Shown: piece by piece, positions 35,335 to 52,639 of the stretch
Numbering within the stretch: position 1 is the stretch's first letter
Layout: the number at the start of each line of letters is the position of its first letter
Source: the human T2T-CHM13v2.0 reference genome, Homo sapiens
DNA: 64,000 nucleotides
Strand: one strand, 5' to 3'
Assembly: GCF_009914755.1 (NCBI RefSeq)
Contig: NC_060936.1
Position numbers and translations under genes: made by a program
Notes under the pieces: model-generated
Databases searched by the model: none
Told to the model about the DNA's origin: nothing
What the model saw: the letters and a program-made list of their open reading frames with translations, nothing else

Positions 35335-38300
35335 CTATTTTTAATCTTTTTTAAAAAATAAAGCCAATACAGAGAAAAACATACAAAACAAACATATAGC
35401 TTAACAAGTTACTATAAGGCAAACACTCTTGTAACCACGAATTCACTCAGATGAAGGAAAAAAACTTGATCTGGGTGAATCACCCAGACGACTTCAAAAG
35501 GCCCTGCATGAACCCTGTCCCAATCCCTCCCTCTCCATAGAAGTAACAATTATTCTGATTTTCTATTAGTCACTTTCTTGCCTTTATAGTTTTATTGCTT
35601 TTTGTAAGTGTGCATCCACAGAAAAATAGTTTAGTCTTAAGCCCCATTTTCATTTGCTATTTCTTTTAAAGTCTCTGTTTTAAAAAATGTTTAACTGGTA
35701 CATAATAATTACACATATTTGTGGGGTACACAGCAATGTTGCAATATATATAAGGTACCGTGATCAGCTCAGGGTAATCAGCATATCCATAATCTCAAAC
35801 ATTTAACATTTCTGTGTTGGAAACATTCAGTATCCTCTTTGAAATTATATAATGTTTTACCTATTAAGTACAGTCATCCTACAGTGGTATAGAATACTCA
35901 AGCTTTTTCTAACTGTAATTCTGTATTTTTTAGCAAATCTCTTCTTATCTCTTCCTTCCCAGCCTCTAGTATCCCCTATTCTACTCTTTACTTTTGCAAG
36001 ATCAACATTTACCTTCCACATACGAGTGAGAACATGCATGGTTTAATTTTCTGTTCCTGGTCCTATGTCACTTAAGATAACATCCTCCAGGTCTATCCAT
36101 ATTGCTGAGAATGACAGGATTTCATTCTTTTTATGGCTAAATGGTATTCCATTGTGTATATATACCACATTTTCTTTATCTATTCATCTGATGTTGGACA
36201 CCTAGGTTGATACCACATCTTGGCTACTGTAAATAGTGCTGCAACAAACATAGGGGTGCAGATGTCTCGATACACTGATTTCCTTTCCTTTGGGTAAATG
36301 CCAAGTAGTGGGACTACTGGATCATATGGTAGTTCTATTTGTAATTTTTTGAGGAACTTCCATACTGTTCTCCATAGCGGCTGTACTAGTTTATACTCCC
36401 ACCAACAGTGTATAAGAGTTCCCTTTTCTGTGCATTCTTGACCGTATTATTTTTTGTCTTTTTGGTAATAGCCATATGGTAACTAGGGTGAGATGATACT
36501 TCATTGTGAATTTAATTTGCATTTCCTGGATGATTTGTGATGTTGAGCATTTTTTCATATGTTTGTGGCCATTTATATGCCTTCTTTTGATACATGTCTA
36601 TTCGGATCATTTCCCCATTTTTTAACCAAACTGGTTTTTTGCTGTTGAACTGTTTGAGTTCCCTGTATATTCTGGATATTAATCCCATGTCAGATGAGTA
36701 ATTTGCAAATATTTTCCCTCATTCTGTAGGTCGTCTTTTCACTGTGTTGTTTCCTTTGCTCTGTAGAAGCTTTTTAGTTTGATATAATGCATCTGGTATT
36801 TTTTGCTTTTGTTGCCTGCATTTTTGAGATCTTATCCATAAAATCCTTTCCCAGACCAATGTCCTGAAGCATTTCCTCTATGGTTTCCTCTAGCAGTTTT
36901 ATAGTTTCAAGTCTTACCCTTAGGTCTTTGATCCATTTTGAGTTGATTTTTGTATAAGGTGAGAGGTGGGTTTCTAGTTTCATTCTTCCACATGTGGATA
37001 TCCAGTTTCCCCAGCATCATTTATTGAAAAGACTATCCTTTCCCCAATCTATATTCTTGGCACTTTTGTCAAAAAGCAATTGGCTATAGATGCATGGATT
37101 AATTTCTGGGTTTTCTATTCTGTTCCATCGGTGTATGTTTCTGTTTTTATGCCAGTACCATGCTGTTTTGGTTACTACAACTTTGTGGTATATTTTGAAG
37201 TCTGTTAGTATGATGTCTCCAGCTTTGTTCTTTTTGCTCAGGATTGCTTTGGCTATTCAGGGTCTTTTATGGTCCCATACAAATTTTAGGATTTTTTTTT
37301 TTTTCTATTTCTGTGCAGAATGTCATTGGTATTTTAATAGGGACTCCACTGAATCTGCAGGTTGCTTTGGGTAGTACGGTCATTTTAACTATAATAATTA
37401 TTCCAATCCATGAGCATGAAATGTTTTTCCATTTGTATGTATCCCTCTTCAATTTCTTTCATCAGTGTTTTGCAGCTTTATCTGAAGAGGTCTTTCACTT
37501 CCTTGGTTAAATTTATTCCTAGGTATTTTATTAATTTCTTATAGCTATTGTAAATGACACTGCCTTCTTAATTTCTTTTTCAGCTAGTTTGTTGTTTGTG
37601 TATAGAAATGCTACTGATCTTTTTGTGTTGATTTTGTATCCTGCAACTTTACCAAATTTGTTGATCAGTTCTAAGAATTTTTTTTTTTTTGGTAGAGCGT
37701 TCAAGTCTCTTTTCCTGTCTGTCTCTTCCTTACAATCTCTCCGTTAAAGTACCTAAGATATTTCATTTATATGTCCAGATCTGCTGATGTACTCTCATGG
37801 TGCAGTTCAATGTTTCTCTGTCCTCTGTATTTCCTACAAATGGCCAGCTGATATACAGCCTTGACCAGACTCATGATGAATTGATCCCTTTGACAAAATA
37901 GTAGGCAGTAGTGTGTTCTTACACCAGAAGGCAAATAATGTCTGTTCTTTTTCTTCTTGTGATGTTAGTAGCCATCGACGCTCACCACCTAGACCCATTC
38001 GTTCACCAAAGTTATAAAATGGTGGTATTGCAATTCTGCCATTTCTTTTTCATTTATCAATTGAAATAGCTCTCCCATATCTACTATTTTGTTAGCCAGA
38101 GGTACACTCACATAGGAAAAGCAGGATAAATTGCTTCTTTCTTGTATTTACCAATGTTCAAGGTAATAAATTTGTTCCTATCATGCTCTAATCTAAGAGT
38201 AACCAATTCCTTTTTAAAATACCATTATGAACTCAAGAATTTAAACACACTTCACAGGTTTCTACCAATCTCTGGCCAGTGGGAATTCTACAGTCATTTC

Positions 38301-38848
38301 TCCAGTCTTTCTGAAATGACCCTAAATAGTCTTTAACAGCCTCCTTACTAACTGTTATGACAATGTTCCAGCTCAGCATGTACATTTCTTGCCCAAAACC
38401 TAGAATCAGCAATTTTGCCAGAAAGGCTTGGTTTCTTTTAAGGTGGAATGGTTTTTCCCAACACCACAATTTGGGTGCTACAGAAGTTCACTGCACACAG
38501 CACTGTAAATGTTCAATTGCTACTCAATTGGTCATTTTTGATCTAGTCCTCTTCAGTGTTCACAGTCAGGAAACAAACAAACACAGTTGGGTACATATAT
38601 TTTTGAAAGATAAAATACCTAATAAGCGCATACTAGTAAGTAACTTTCCATTAAAATATGGAATAATCAGTTTGACTTAACCTCTGCAGTATTACATCTA
38701 TACTTCCTCTCTTGCCCATTAAGAATCTAGCATATGCAGGAGCAATATATGTCCTAATACTCACTTACTTGATGCAACAATATAAAGTTTCAGAATAACA
38801 ATATTAATTATGACCACAACAATGTAGTTACTATAAGAATTAAATTTA
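35335..38848 (-). mobile_element. L1MC-like 3' UTR relic interrupted by a younger L1MA
   Basis: Resemblance to L1MC4/5 3' end on both sides of the L1MA. Confidence 0.6.
35680..37702 (-). mobile_element. 5'-truncated L1MA-type element (ORF2 C-terminus + 3' UTR)
   Basis: ORF2 peptides HLSPYTKINSKWIKDL and [10 protein letters not shown]; flanking AAGTCTCT duplication. Confidence 0.9.
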
Positions 38849-38849
38849 T

Positions 38850-39304
38850 GGCCAGGCATGGTGGCTCCCACCTGTAATCCCAACACTTTGGTAGGCCGAG
38901 ACAGGTGGATCACTTGAGTCCAAGAGTTCAAGACCAGCTGGGCAACATGATGAAATCCCGTCTCTACTAAAAATACAAAAAATTAGTCAGGTGTGGTGGT
39001 GTGCACCTGTAGTCCCAGCTACTTGGGAGGCTCAAGGTGGGAGGATAGCTTGTGCCCAAGAGGCAGAGGTTGCAGTGAACAGATTCTGCAACCTCTGCAA
39101 AATTCAAGCAATTCTCCTGCCTTAGCCCCCTGAGTAGCTGGGATTACAAGCGCCCACCACCATGCTCGGCTAATTTTTGTATTTTTTGTAGAGGCAGGGT
39201 TTCACCATGTTGGCCAGGATGGTCTCACTCCTGACTTCAGGCGATCCACCCACCTTGGCCTCCCAAAGTACTGGGATTATAGGCATGAGCCACCATGCCC
39301 AGTC
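38850..39304. mobile_element. Fused inverted Alu pair (38850-39080 +, 39086-39304 -), both tail-less
   Basis: Alu consensus switches strand at about 39083. Confidence 0.92.
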
Positions 39305-39568
39305 ACAAATCTTCTTGTAAGAAACTTTTTCTATAGTTGTTCATAGTTGTTCTATTCCCTTGCTTTGCTTTTCTTTCCAAAGAGTCTTATTATCTGTATG
39401 TTGTTTCTTCTTTGCCTATCTTCAGTATTTATCATTTTCTCTCAAATCATCTTTTGTCTTTCTGTATTTCTTTTTGGTCTTTAAATTTTTCCTCCTTTTC
39501 AACCTCTATTTAAAGGTTTTTTGGTTTATTCAACCTAGTGTCCCTTCTAGTTTTCTTTTCTGAAGTGA

Positions 39569-39912
<344 letters not shown>

Positions 39913-39984
39913 TGAATTTTTCTAATCTTATGTTATCCTTTCACATGTCATATTGGTTCCTCAATGACTTTTGACTCATTTATT

Positions 39985-41955
39985 TATTTAAAATTTAAAG
40001 AAAAAATTTATTGAAGATTTGAAAAATAATTCCTAAAAGATTGACTTTTCCAGAAAACTAGCTACACAATGCATCTCATCTACCATGTTAAAATGTGCAC
40101 TAGACACAAATACAAAAACCATGCAACAAGCCACCATTCTTCAACAATTTGAGCAAAGTTAAATGCCAAAGGAACAACATGGATGACTTGCAAAGAATGG
40201 GCTATTTAAGCACCATTTTAAAAAAAAAAAGGAGCACAAATGGATGAGTGTGTTCAGTTATATACACTGAATTGAACCTTTGGCACTAGGAATCACAGCA
40301 TTTTGTCATATAGCATGAACACATATTATAAAAGTACGTAGGGTCAAAGGAACAGGACCACCAGCATTCAAAAGCAGCTCTGTCAACTAGGCAATAAAAC
40401 ACTCTATAGCATGTGTCTCTGTTGTCCATTGTTGAATACACTGGCAGGAACTTTGAAGTGAAAAAAAAGGTAAGATAGGAAAAAAGGAGCTATTACTCCT
40501 TTTATTTTCTCTGTTTAAAATTAAACAGGAAAACATCAATTGTTGTACAATAACATCTTCAAAGTGCATCATTTGTACAAAAGAAAGACTAAGAACAAAA
40601 ATGTGTTTACAGAGATCCAAACATAAGTGAGTGAGAGCGTCTCTCAGACAGCTTTCTGATGGTTCTCTGGAGGAGCCATTCATAATTGCTGGGCACTAAA
40701 AAATGTTGCAGAATTCTTTGCCAGGTACTTTAGGGAACTGTGAAGATAATTCAGTAATAAAACAAGGCTCGGCCAGGCACGGTGGCTCATGCCTGTAATT
40801 CCAGCACTTTGGGAGGCTGAGGCGGGCGGATCACGAGGTAAGGAGTTCGAGACCAGCCTGACCAACATGGTGAAATCCCGCCTCTACTAAAAATGTAAAA
40901 ACTAGATGGGCGTGGTGGTGCGCACCTGTAATCCCAGCTACTCAGAAGGCTGAGTCAGGAGAATCGCTTGAACCCGGGAGGCAGAGGTTGCAGTGAGCTT
41001 GAGATCATGCCACTGCACTCCCACTTGGGCAACAGAGCGAGACTCCATCTCAAAAAAAAAAAAAAAAAAAAAAAAAAAACACAAGGCTCTTCTCATCCAG
41101 AGGTATATAGGCCAACATTGCTCCAATTTGTACATCAGTAGATGTGGTGCTCCATAAACCTTGGACATGAGTGCATGAGGGTGATCTGCAAGAATTTCAG
41201 CATACTGTGGTCTGTCAAACTTGCAGAGTAGCTGGGTGCCCAACATCACATTGAAGTATTCTTCTATCCCTGCCACAACTTCATTAACAGCATACTCATT
41301 ATCTGTGTTTCCACGAGATTTTTTGCAATTTGCATAATCCTGGAGAATGGAATCCACATTCTTCCTGGCAGAAAGAAAAAAGAGATGTTTTTGTCTGGTA
41401 ATTAAGTCCCAGTCATCAACAAGCCATGGTTTCAGCTCTTCAGGAATCTTCACTTTTTAGCTTCAACTCTGTTCATGAATGTGTCCTCATTTTCAAGAGT
41501 AGGATCTAGCCGGGGGCCCTTTTCTTCCAAGGAGGCTGAGGCATCTCACTGGTACTGCCACCATCTCCATTTCCAGGTATTTTCTGTTTGTTCTTTTTTG
41601 TTTTCACTTCAACATTTTCTGTTGCAGACCAGATGTCTTCTTTCTTGGGGCAGCCCCTCTCATCTTCCCCTCTGCATACTGCTCCTGATGGGCTTTTTGA
41701 AGTTGTTTCTGCAAATTGGTGTCCACGTATTTGAGTACTCTGCTCTCTGGAACCCATGCATCCCAATTTTTATTCCAACCACTGTAATATATAAAGTATT
41801 TTACTTGTTTGTCCTTTATGGCAACCTTTACACATTTTGCTTCATAAAGAAGCAGCCCATGAAAGCACAGCACTTGCTCACCCTCCTGGAACTTAGGGTT
41901 TGAGTCCTGCTTCCACGTCATTTATAAGTGATTCGCAGCCTCCTCCTTCTCCAGC
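39985..41955 (-). pseudogene. Processed pseudogene of MORF4L1 (MRG15), derived from the short isoform; CDS remnant 41921->40644 plus 5' and 3' UTR
   Basis: Intronless; three ORF-track frames match the MRG15 chromo-barrel, linker and MRG domain; frameshifts near 41615 and 41510; AATAAA near 40010 followed by a decayed A-tail; flanking CTCATTT direct repeat; Alu insertion in the MRG domain. Confidence 0.95.
40771..41080 (+). mobile_element. Alu (AluSg-like) inserted in the MORF4L1 retrocopy
   Basis: TSD ACAAGGCTC at 40762-40770 and 41081-41089. Confidence 0.96.
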
Positions 41956-43294
41956 TCATTTTATAATAGAGATTTGATCTGTTCTGTGGTCATGTTTTTC
42001 TGGGGTGCTTTTATTTATAAGAGCTTTTGTTTTTTCCTTTATAATAACTTTAAATGGGATTTTACCTTGATACTTTTCTGTTTCTCTTGTCTACGTAAAA
42101 TTAGTGTTCCTGAACTTTTAAAATAATGTAGAGTTCAAGGTAGTTTTTCTAACGTCACAGAATTCATTCCTCTGTTGTTTTCACATAATGTTCAAAAACC
42201 TAGTAGCTTGCTTTCTGAGATCTACTAGCCGTTGATCTTCCCATCTTTATCTGAACCTTCTCTTTCCTTCCCCTCCTGTTTTACTCTATTCTATTGTCCC
42301 TATCCTGCTCAATTTGGATTATTCTATCCTATTCAATTTTGTTTTAATCAGTGTGGTGCTCTGTCCTGGATGAGCACTCTGGCAGGTTCATTTCAGTAGT
42401 TCCATTTTGAGAGTTCGTTGGGGCTAGACTGCTCTAGCTTCTTCTGTCTTTACCATAGTCACACTGCACTTGCCTAATATTGGAGTGGGCAACCCTCCCA
42501 CCCTCCTATTTCAGCTGCTGTTCTTAAAATAACCCACCATCTTGTCCAGCAAATAGCTGTGGCTATTTTGGCGTTCCCCTGCTTTCAAGTCTTATGAGAC
42601 ACCCTGTTAAATCTCCCTGCTTACTCTCGCATAGACAGTGATAACATGGAGGTCTTGTGGCTGTTGGTGGTTTGCCCTTATCTAGTTGTGCTTTCAAATG
42701 ACTAAGGCTATAGTCAACTTTATCCATGTTTTTGGATTTGCTATCTAGTTTCTGTAGGTTTTAGTTAAAAACAAAAACAAAAAAACTATGACATGGCCAC
42801 ATCCATCTTCCTAGACTCCCCCTCACAGCCAGATTTGAGGTCAAAAACAGCAGTTGTTTCTATATTCATCATATACTTACTTTTTGACATTTAAATTTAC
42901 TTAAAACCACATTGTTATATGTCATTTCACTCTTTTTTGAAAGAAGGCAAAAAATACTCCAACTCCATGATTACAAAAAGTTTAACTGAATTCTTTATAT
43001 CTTTCCTGGTTTTCAATACTTCTAAATGTTCCTTATTCTTAGTTCAGGTAATTGACAAATGTTTATTATACTTTGAAAAAATCCTACAGTCACCAAAAAC
43101 TCTCATCTGGTGAGGTCTCAGATTGAGATCAAAAACCAAAATTATCATTAAAACACAAGAATCCAAATATAAAATGTCTTTAAAAATCTGAACATAATCT
43201 GAGAAGAAATTCCATGTTTATGTTTTACAGACTTTGTCTTCCTTGAACACTGAAATGTATGGTATATGCAGTAGGTTTTCTCCTTGTCCAGAGA

Positions 43295-43797
<503 letters not shown>

Positions 43798-43809
43798 TCC
43801 TAGTGTAGA

Positions 43810-44041
43810 GTTTTATCAAAGTTCCATTAGCAGGACTTGGGGCTTTACTGGTAATTTTGAGTGGGACACTCTTTGTTGTACTGATGCCCAGCACACTGCA
43901 GGATGTTTAGCAACCTTGGACCTCCCCTCCACCACCGGAACTAAAATACTAGTAGCACTCCCAGTCCTTGGGTTAAACAAAATTCTCTACACATTTCCAA
44001 ACAAAGGCAGTAAAGATGCTACCCCTGGTGGAGAACCACTG
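43810..44041. mobile_element. MER20-like hAT element
   Basis: TGCAGGATGTTTAGCA and CCCCTGGTGGAGAACCACTG motifs. Confidence 0.65.
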
Positions 44042-44285
44042 AAGAACTAAGTTAGCTCAGAGTAAGGAAAGAGGAAATACAGTCTGTAAATTCTAAATGC
44101 TATCAAGATGGATGATAAATGTAATTACTTTTAAAGCACTTTTAAAGAGCTAACTAAAAGACTATTCTTCTTCCCCTCTGGCACTTAGTCAAAAATAAAC
44201 ATATTTCTTAATAAAATTAGGCTTTGTAATGTATCAAGGCTTCATCGAGTTTTCTTAAAAGTTTTTTCTAATTCTTGTAATCTTA

Positions 44286-44940
<655 letters not shown>

Positions 44941-45009
44941 CTACCATTTGCAACTGCCCTGGTAATACCTGATTCAAACAACTATCATCAAGGATTCAAA
45001 AACCACTGA

Positions 45010-46443
<1,434 letters not shown>

Positions 46444-46977
46444 TAATGAGGGTGCTATGAAACAGATCAGGCACTTAATAAATGTGTTGAAACCCAAATG
46501 AAATTCAGGTATAAGTTTTACTCAAATAATCGGTGGAATGGTAATACTGAAATGAATCTACTTAATGCATACTGATGTCTCCACTATTTCATATGAACTG
46601 CTTACTCAAAGAAATGATGAGGAGAATATCATGTAGGGGAATAAATACACCTTCTAGATACAAGGCACTGTGCTAATGGCTTCACATACATTATCTTACT
46701 TAAGCCTTAAGCAACCCTACAAAATATTATTTGTTCATCACCACATTTTGATGAGAAAACTGAGAAATGTAAGCACATCACTCAAAGTCACATTGCTAAT
46801 AAATGAAGAACAGAAATTCAAACCTACATCTCTTAAATTCTGAAGTCTATGTGTATGTCATGGGTCAGAGCCTTGATTTTTAAAGAAGAGAAAGCAAAAT
46901 GCTCCCTAGATTGGGGACAACAGTCAAACACTACCCAGAATGAGCGGTATGGACAAGATTAATACAGGATAAAACTG

Positions 46978-47300
46978 TGGCCATGAGCTGTGTAACAATG
47001 TGGTCAACAACAGACTATGTATAAAATGGTGGTCCTATAAAACTACAATACTGTATTGTCACTATACCTTTTCTATGTTTAGATACACAAATACTTACCA
47101 TGGTGTTATGACTGCCACCACATTCAGTATCGTAGCATGCTGTACAGGTTCGTAGCCTAGCAGCAATAAGCTATCTTATATAGCCCAGGTGTATAGCAGG
47201 CTGTACCATCTAGGTTTGTGTAACACACTATGTTCACACAATGATGAAATCACTCAACATTTCTCAGAACATGTCCCTACTGTTAAGCGACACATGACTA
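46978..47300. mobile_element. Tigger3/MER7-like DNA transposon
   Basis: GGTGGTCCTATAA...TTTAGATACACAAATACTTACCAT...TTAAGCGACACATGACT. Confidence 0.85.
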
Positions 47301-47315
47301 TATATAGGAAGGTAG

Positions 47316-47648
<333 letters not shown>

Positions 47649-47707
47649 TCATTTTTATTCTGAGAACAACACAAAGGCACTTTAAGACTTTTAAAATTAA
47701 AGGTGAT

Positions 47708-47858
47708 GGCCAGGTACGGTGACTCATGCTGTAATCCTAGCACTTTGGCAGGCCAAGGCAGGAGGACTGTCTGAGTCCAGGAGTTCAAGAACAGCCTGAG
47801 CAACACAGCAAGATGCTGTCTCTATTTTTTAAAATGAAAAAATAATAATAAAATAAAA
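47708..47858 (+). mobile_element. Free left Alu monomer (FLAM-like)
   Basis: Single monomer plus A-rich tail. Confidence 0.8.
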
Positions 47859-48316
47859 TTGGAGGTGAAATGACTGGCTTTGTGTTTTCAGGAGGGAGAA
47901 AAAAATGCCTGCGGTTTGGGAAAAAACTAGAGGAAAACTAAAAAAAATCCTGAGGCCAGGTCTTCCAATAGGCTCTGTGAGTTCAGCAAATTCTCTCCCT
48001 TAAGCAATTAAAAAAAAAAACAAGGTCAAATCTAACCACCAAAGCCTCCAAAAACTGACCAAAGGTCATACAACAAAATGAGAAGCATTTATTCCAGAAA
48101 AATACACCGCATCTCAATAAGAACTGTGGTATTTTAGCTAGGGGCTATTCCTATCCCCATCTATACTGCCAGGTTTGTGGCATAAACATTCTACTGTGGG
48201 CAAACATGGCAGGCCATAAAGAGTGGTAGCTACCTTTCCCTGCAAGAGGGGACTGACCTTATTTGGAACGAGGCATGGAAAAATCTGTACCCAGGAATGT
48301 TGTTAAAAACAAGAGT

Positions 48317-48630
48317 GGACTGGGCGCAGTGGCTCATGCCTGTAATCCCGGCACTTTGGGAGGCCAAGGCAGGGAGATCCCAAGGTCAAGAGGTCAAGAC
48401 CATCCTGGCCAACATGGTAAAAACCCTGTCTCTATTAAAAACACAAAAATTAGCTGGGCATGATGGTGTGCACCTGTAGTCCCAGCTACTCAGGAGGCTG
48501 AGGCAGGGGAGGCTGAGGCAGGGGAATCGCCTGAACCTGGGAGGCAGAGGATGCAGTGAGCCAAGATTGCACCACCGCACTTTTGAGATTCCGTCAAAAA
48601 AATAATAATAATAATATTAATAATAATAAC
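48317..48630 (+). mobile_element. Alu with internal GGAGGCTGAGGCAG duplication, within old L1 relics (about 47950-49500)
   Basis: Alu consensus. Confidence 0.9.
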
Positions 48631-51429
48631 GCTTTCAGTGGCAGGCATCACGAGGGCCATTATCTAACTGACTCTGGTGGGGGCAAGCAACAAAATAGCA
48701 AACTAGCCAGAAATCTAACAGGAAGATCCTAGGAAAAAGACTGCCAAGAAGAGCCTTAAGTGGATATTCATGCTTAGTAGTCAGGAAGGCTGTCTGCATG
48801 TGTAACGCTACACCAGAAAGAACACTTGCAAGCTAGTCTCTGGCTGAACATGGGTCAAATTTGAAATTGCCTAAAATTTTAAGACATTCTCCAAACCATA
48901 AACAGGTCCACAGGAAAATGGGGTAACACTAACTTGCTGGTGTTCAGGAACAACCTTTAAGCAATCATTAGCTGACCACTAAGATAACAGTGACACAGAG
49001 GCAATCCCCCAGAAAGCCAGGCATAAGAAATATTTTAAAAGGAAAACAGACCACAGAAGTAATCCAGGAAAGTCATTAAACAAAAACACACAACAATGGC
49101 AACAAGCCCAGGGAGCGGTCAGAATCCAGAATCCAGTCAATATAATATATTCATACAATGGAATACTATTCAGCAACATAAAAGAACTACTTATCAATGT
49201 CAAGGATGACTTTTTAAAATTATGTTGAACAAAAGAAACCACACATAAAAGAGTACCTACTACGTGATCCCATTATATGAAGCTATAGATGTAAAATCAA
49301 AAAGACTAATCTATGATGATAAAACCAGATTCACAGTTACTGGGGAGGAGTAAGGGATTGACTGTAAAGGGGCTTAAGGCACCTTCTGGAGTAGAGTAAT
49401 GAACGTTTGTCTTAGGTGTATTTATCAAAGCCCATTTAACAATCAACAAAAAAATATGAATTTTTTGCATGTAAATTCTAACTCAGTAAAGTTGCTTAAA
49501 ACGTGAATAAGAAACATAAACTATTTCAAGAAGTTAATTCAAAGGTAACTTTTCTTAGAAACCTTTCCCAGCTTACTAAGGCAAAGTTATTCCCTCTTCT
49601 GAGCTCTTGGCAGGTTTTGTTATATACTATAGTACTTATCAGAGTTTGTAGATAAACTATAAAGAACTCAAAGGTAAAGACTAGGTGTCACTACCACATC
49701 ACAATGACTGGCACATTGCACGTATTCTTTTTTAAATAAAGATGAATCCAGACCTTGTGCTTTCCATTTTCAATTTCTCCTCTAACCCCCAACTCAGTGC
49801 ACACTGAAATGGGTAAAGGAAGACACATGAGATGCTACAAGAAGAGAAAGAAGTACAAAAGGTTAATAACCTAAGCATAGGGACAGCCAGAAACAGTGAA
49901 ATGGTTTTGTGTGCCTATGTCTATTATAATATATGAACTAGATTTCTCCTCAGGATATCTTTAATACACAAATCAATTGATATTTCCATCTTGATAGAGT
50001 AATACAGTTAAAAACAAGTCCACAGCACACTTCATTAGCCACCTCCCATCTTTTCTCTATTAATACATAAAATGAAAACTACCAGTATCTTTAAACAAAC
50101 AAGTGTAGAGAAATAAGAAGTTACTCTCACTGCAATATCTACTAATCTATACTCTGCGCCGTGTGTGCAACATGCATTACTTGAGATTACGTGATACAAA
50201 GTTTGAAATGTTGCCATCACAGGCTGGGCTGACCAGAAGCAATTTGCACACTATAAAGACAGAAAATGCAATAAGGGCTATTGTCTTTCTTGTACAATAT
50301 AATTTAGGTAGGTTTCCTAACTGTAACTAATCTAAGCATTTAACTTTGTAACTCAGTGTCTAGTTTATGGTGAAATAAAATGTTACAAATGAGTGAGTCA
50401 ACCTAACAAGATTTTAGTAATGAATAAAAGTATTTGCATGCCACTATGTACCAAAGCTAATGGATAATCCCTTCATTATTCAACCCTAAAAAATAAATCA
50501 AGTCATGTTTTTTCAAGGATAAGACCCAGATAAAGATTCCAACTACAATAAGTGAAACTAAGGCATTTGTCAGATGAGAACTTGACGAAAATTAGCATTT
50601 TTAAATAGATTACAGATGTGCCTTCATTTGTGCAAATATTTAAAATATAAAGGAATAGATTTCATCTATAAATACTAAACATTTTCATTAACTTTTAAAT
50701 TAAAAAGCTCATTACAAATGTAACCGAAAAAGCGATTAGGACACAGAAAATTTTTAAAAAGTATTTTTTAAGTTACCAATATATTATTCAATTTTCTTAA
50801 GGTTTTGAACACCTATTAAAGCGGTGAGCACCTATTCGGAGCTAAGCACCATGCCTGATACAGGGAATATGAAAATAAGCAAGGCAAAACTATTGCCCTT
50901 ACGAAATTCGCAATGTAGACAAGGAGTGGCAAGTATATTGAGGAAGGTATAAACAGGAGGCTCTGAGAGTATAGAGAAGTGACACCCAATCAAGTCAATG
51001 AATGTAAGAGTTGTCAATAAAATATACCAGAGAAAGTATGTATTTTACTTAGGCAGTTGCCAAAATGGGAAATAGTGTTCCAGGAAGAGGACATAGCATA
51101 TGAAGTCATGATATATTCAATAAACAGCAAGAAGATCCATAGAGCTGTAGCATATCGTGAGGTACATTGACAATGAAAGAAATCCCACGTGTATTATTTT
51201 ACTATACTAAGAAACTTGGACTCCAGTGACAATAACATTGAGGGACTGGCTAGAGGAAGAAGAAACAAGAAAAAGCCAGAAAACTGAAATATTCCAAATA
51301 AGAACTAATGAAGGCAACAGAAGTTGAGGACTGGATCAATATGAAAGAGGAATGAGAAAGGATAGACTAGGATGGCTCCCAAGATTTACAAATGTGAATG
51401 TGTGTGTATTGGTGTCATTCAACATAATA

Positions 51430-52639
<1,210 letters not shown>

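Noticed and set aside
31920-37702. Possible active L1
   Set aside because: Fragmented, full of stops, mixed orientation; old subfamilies
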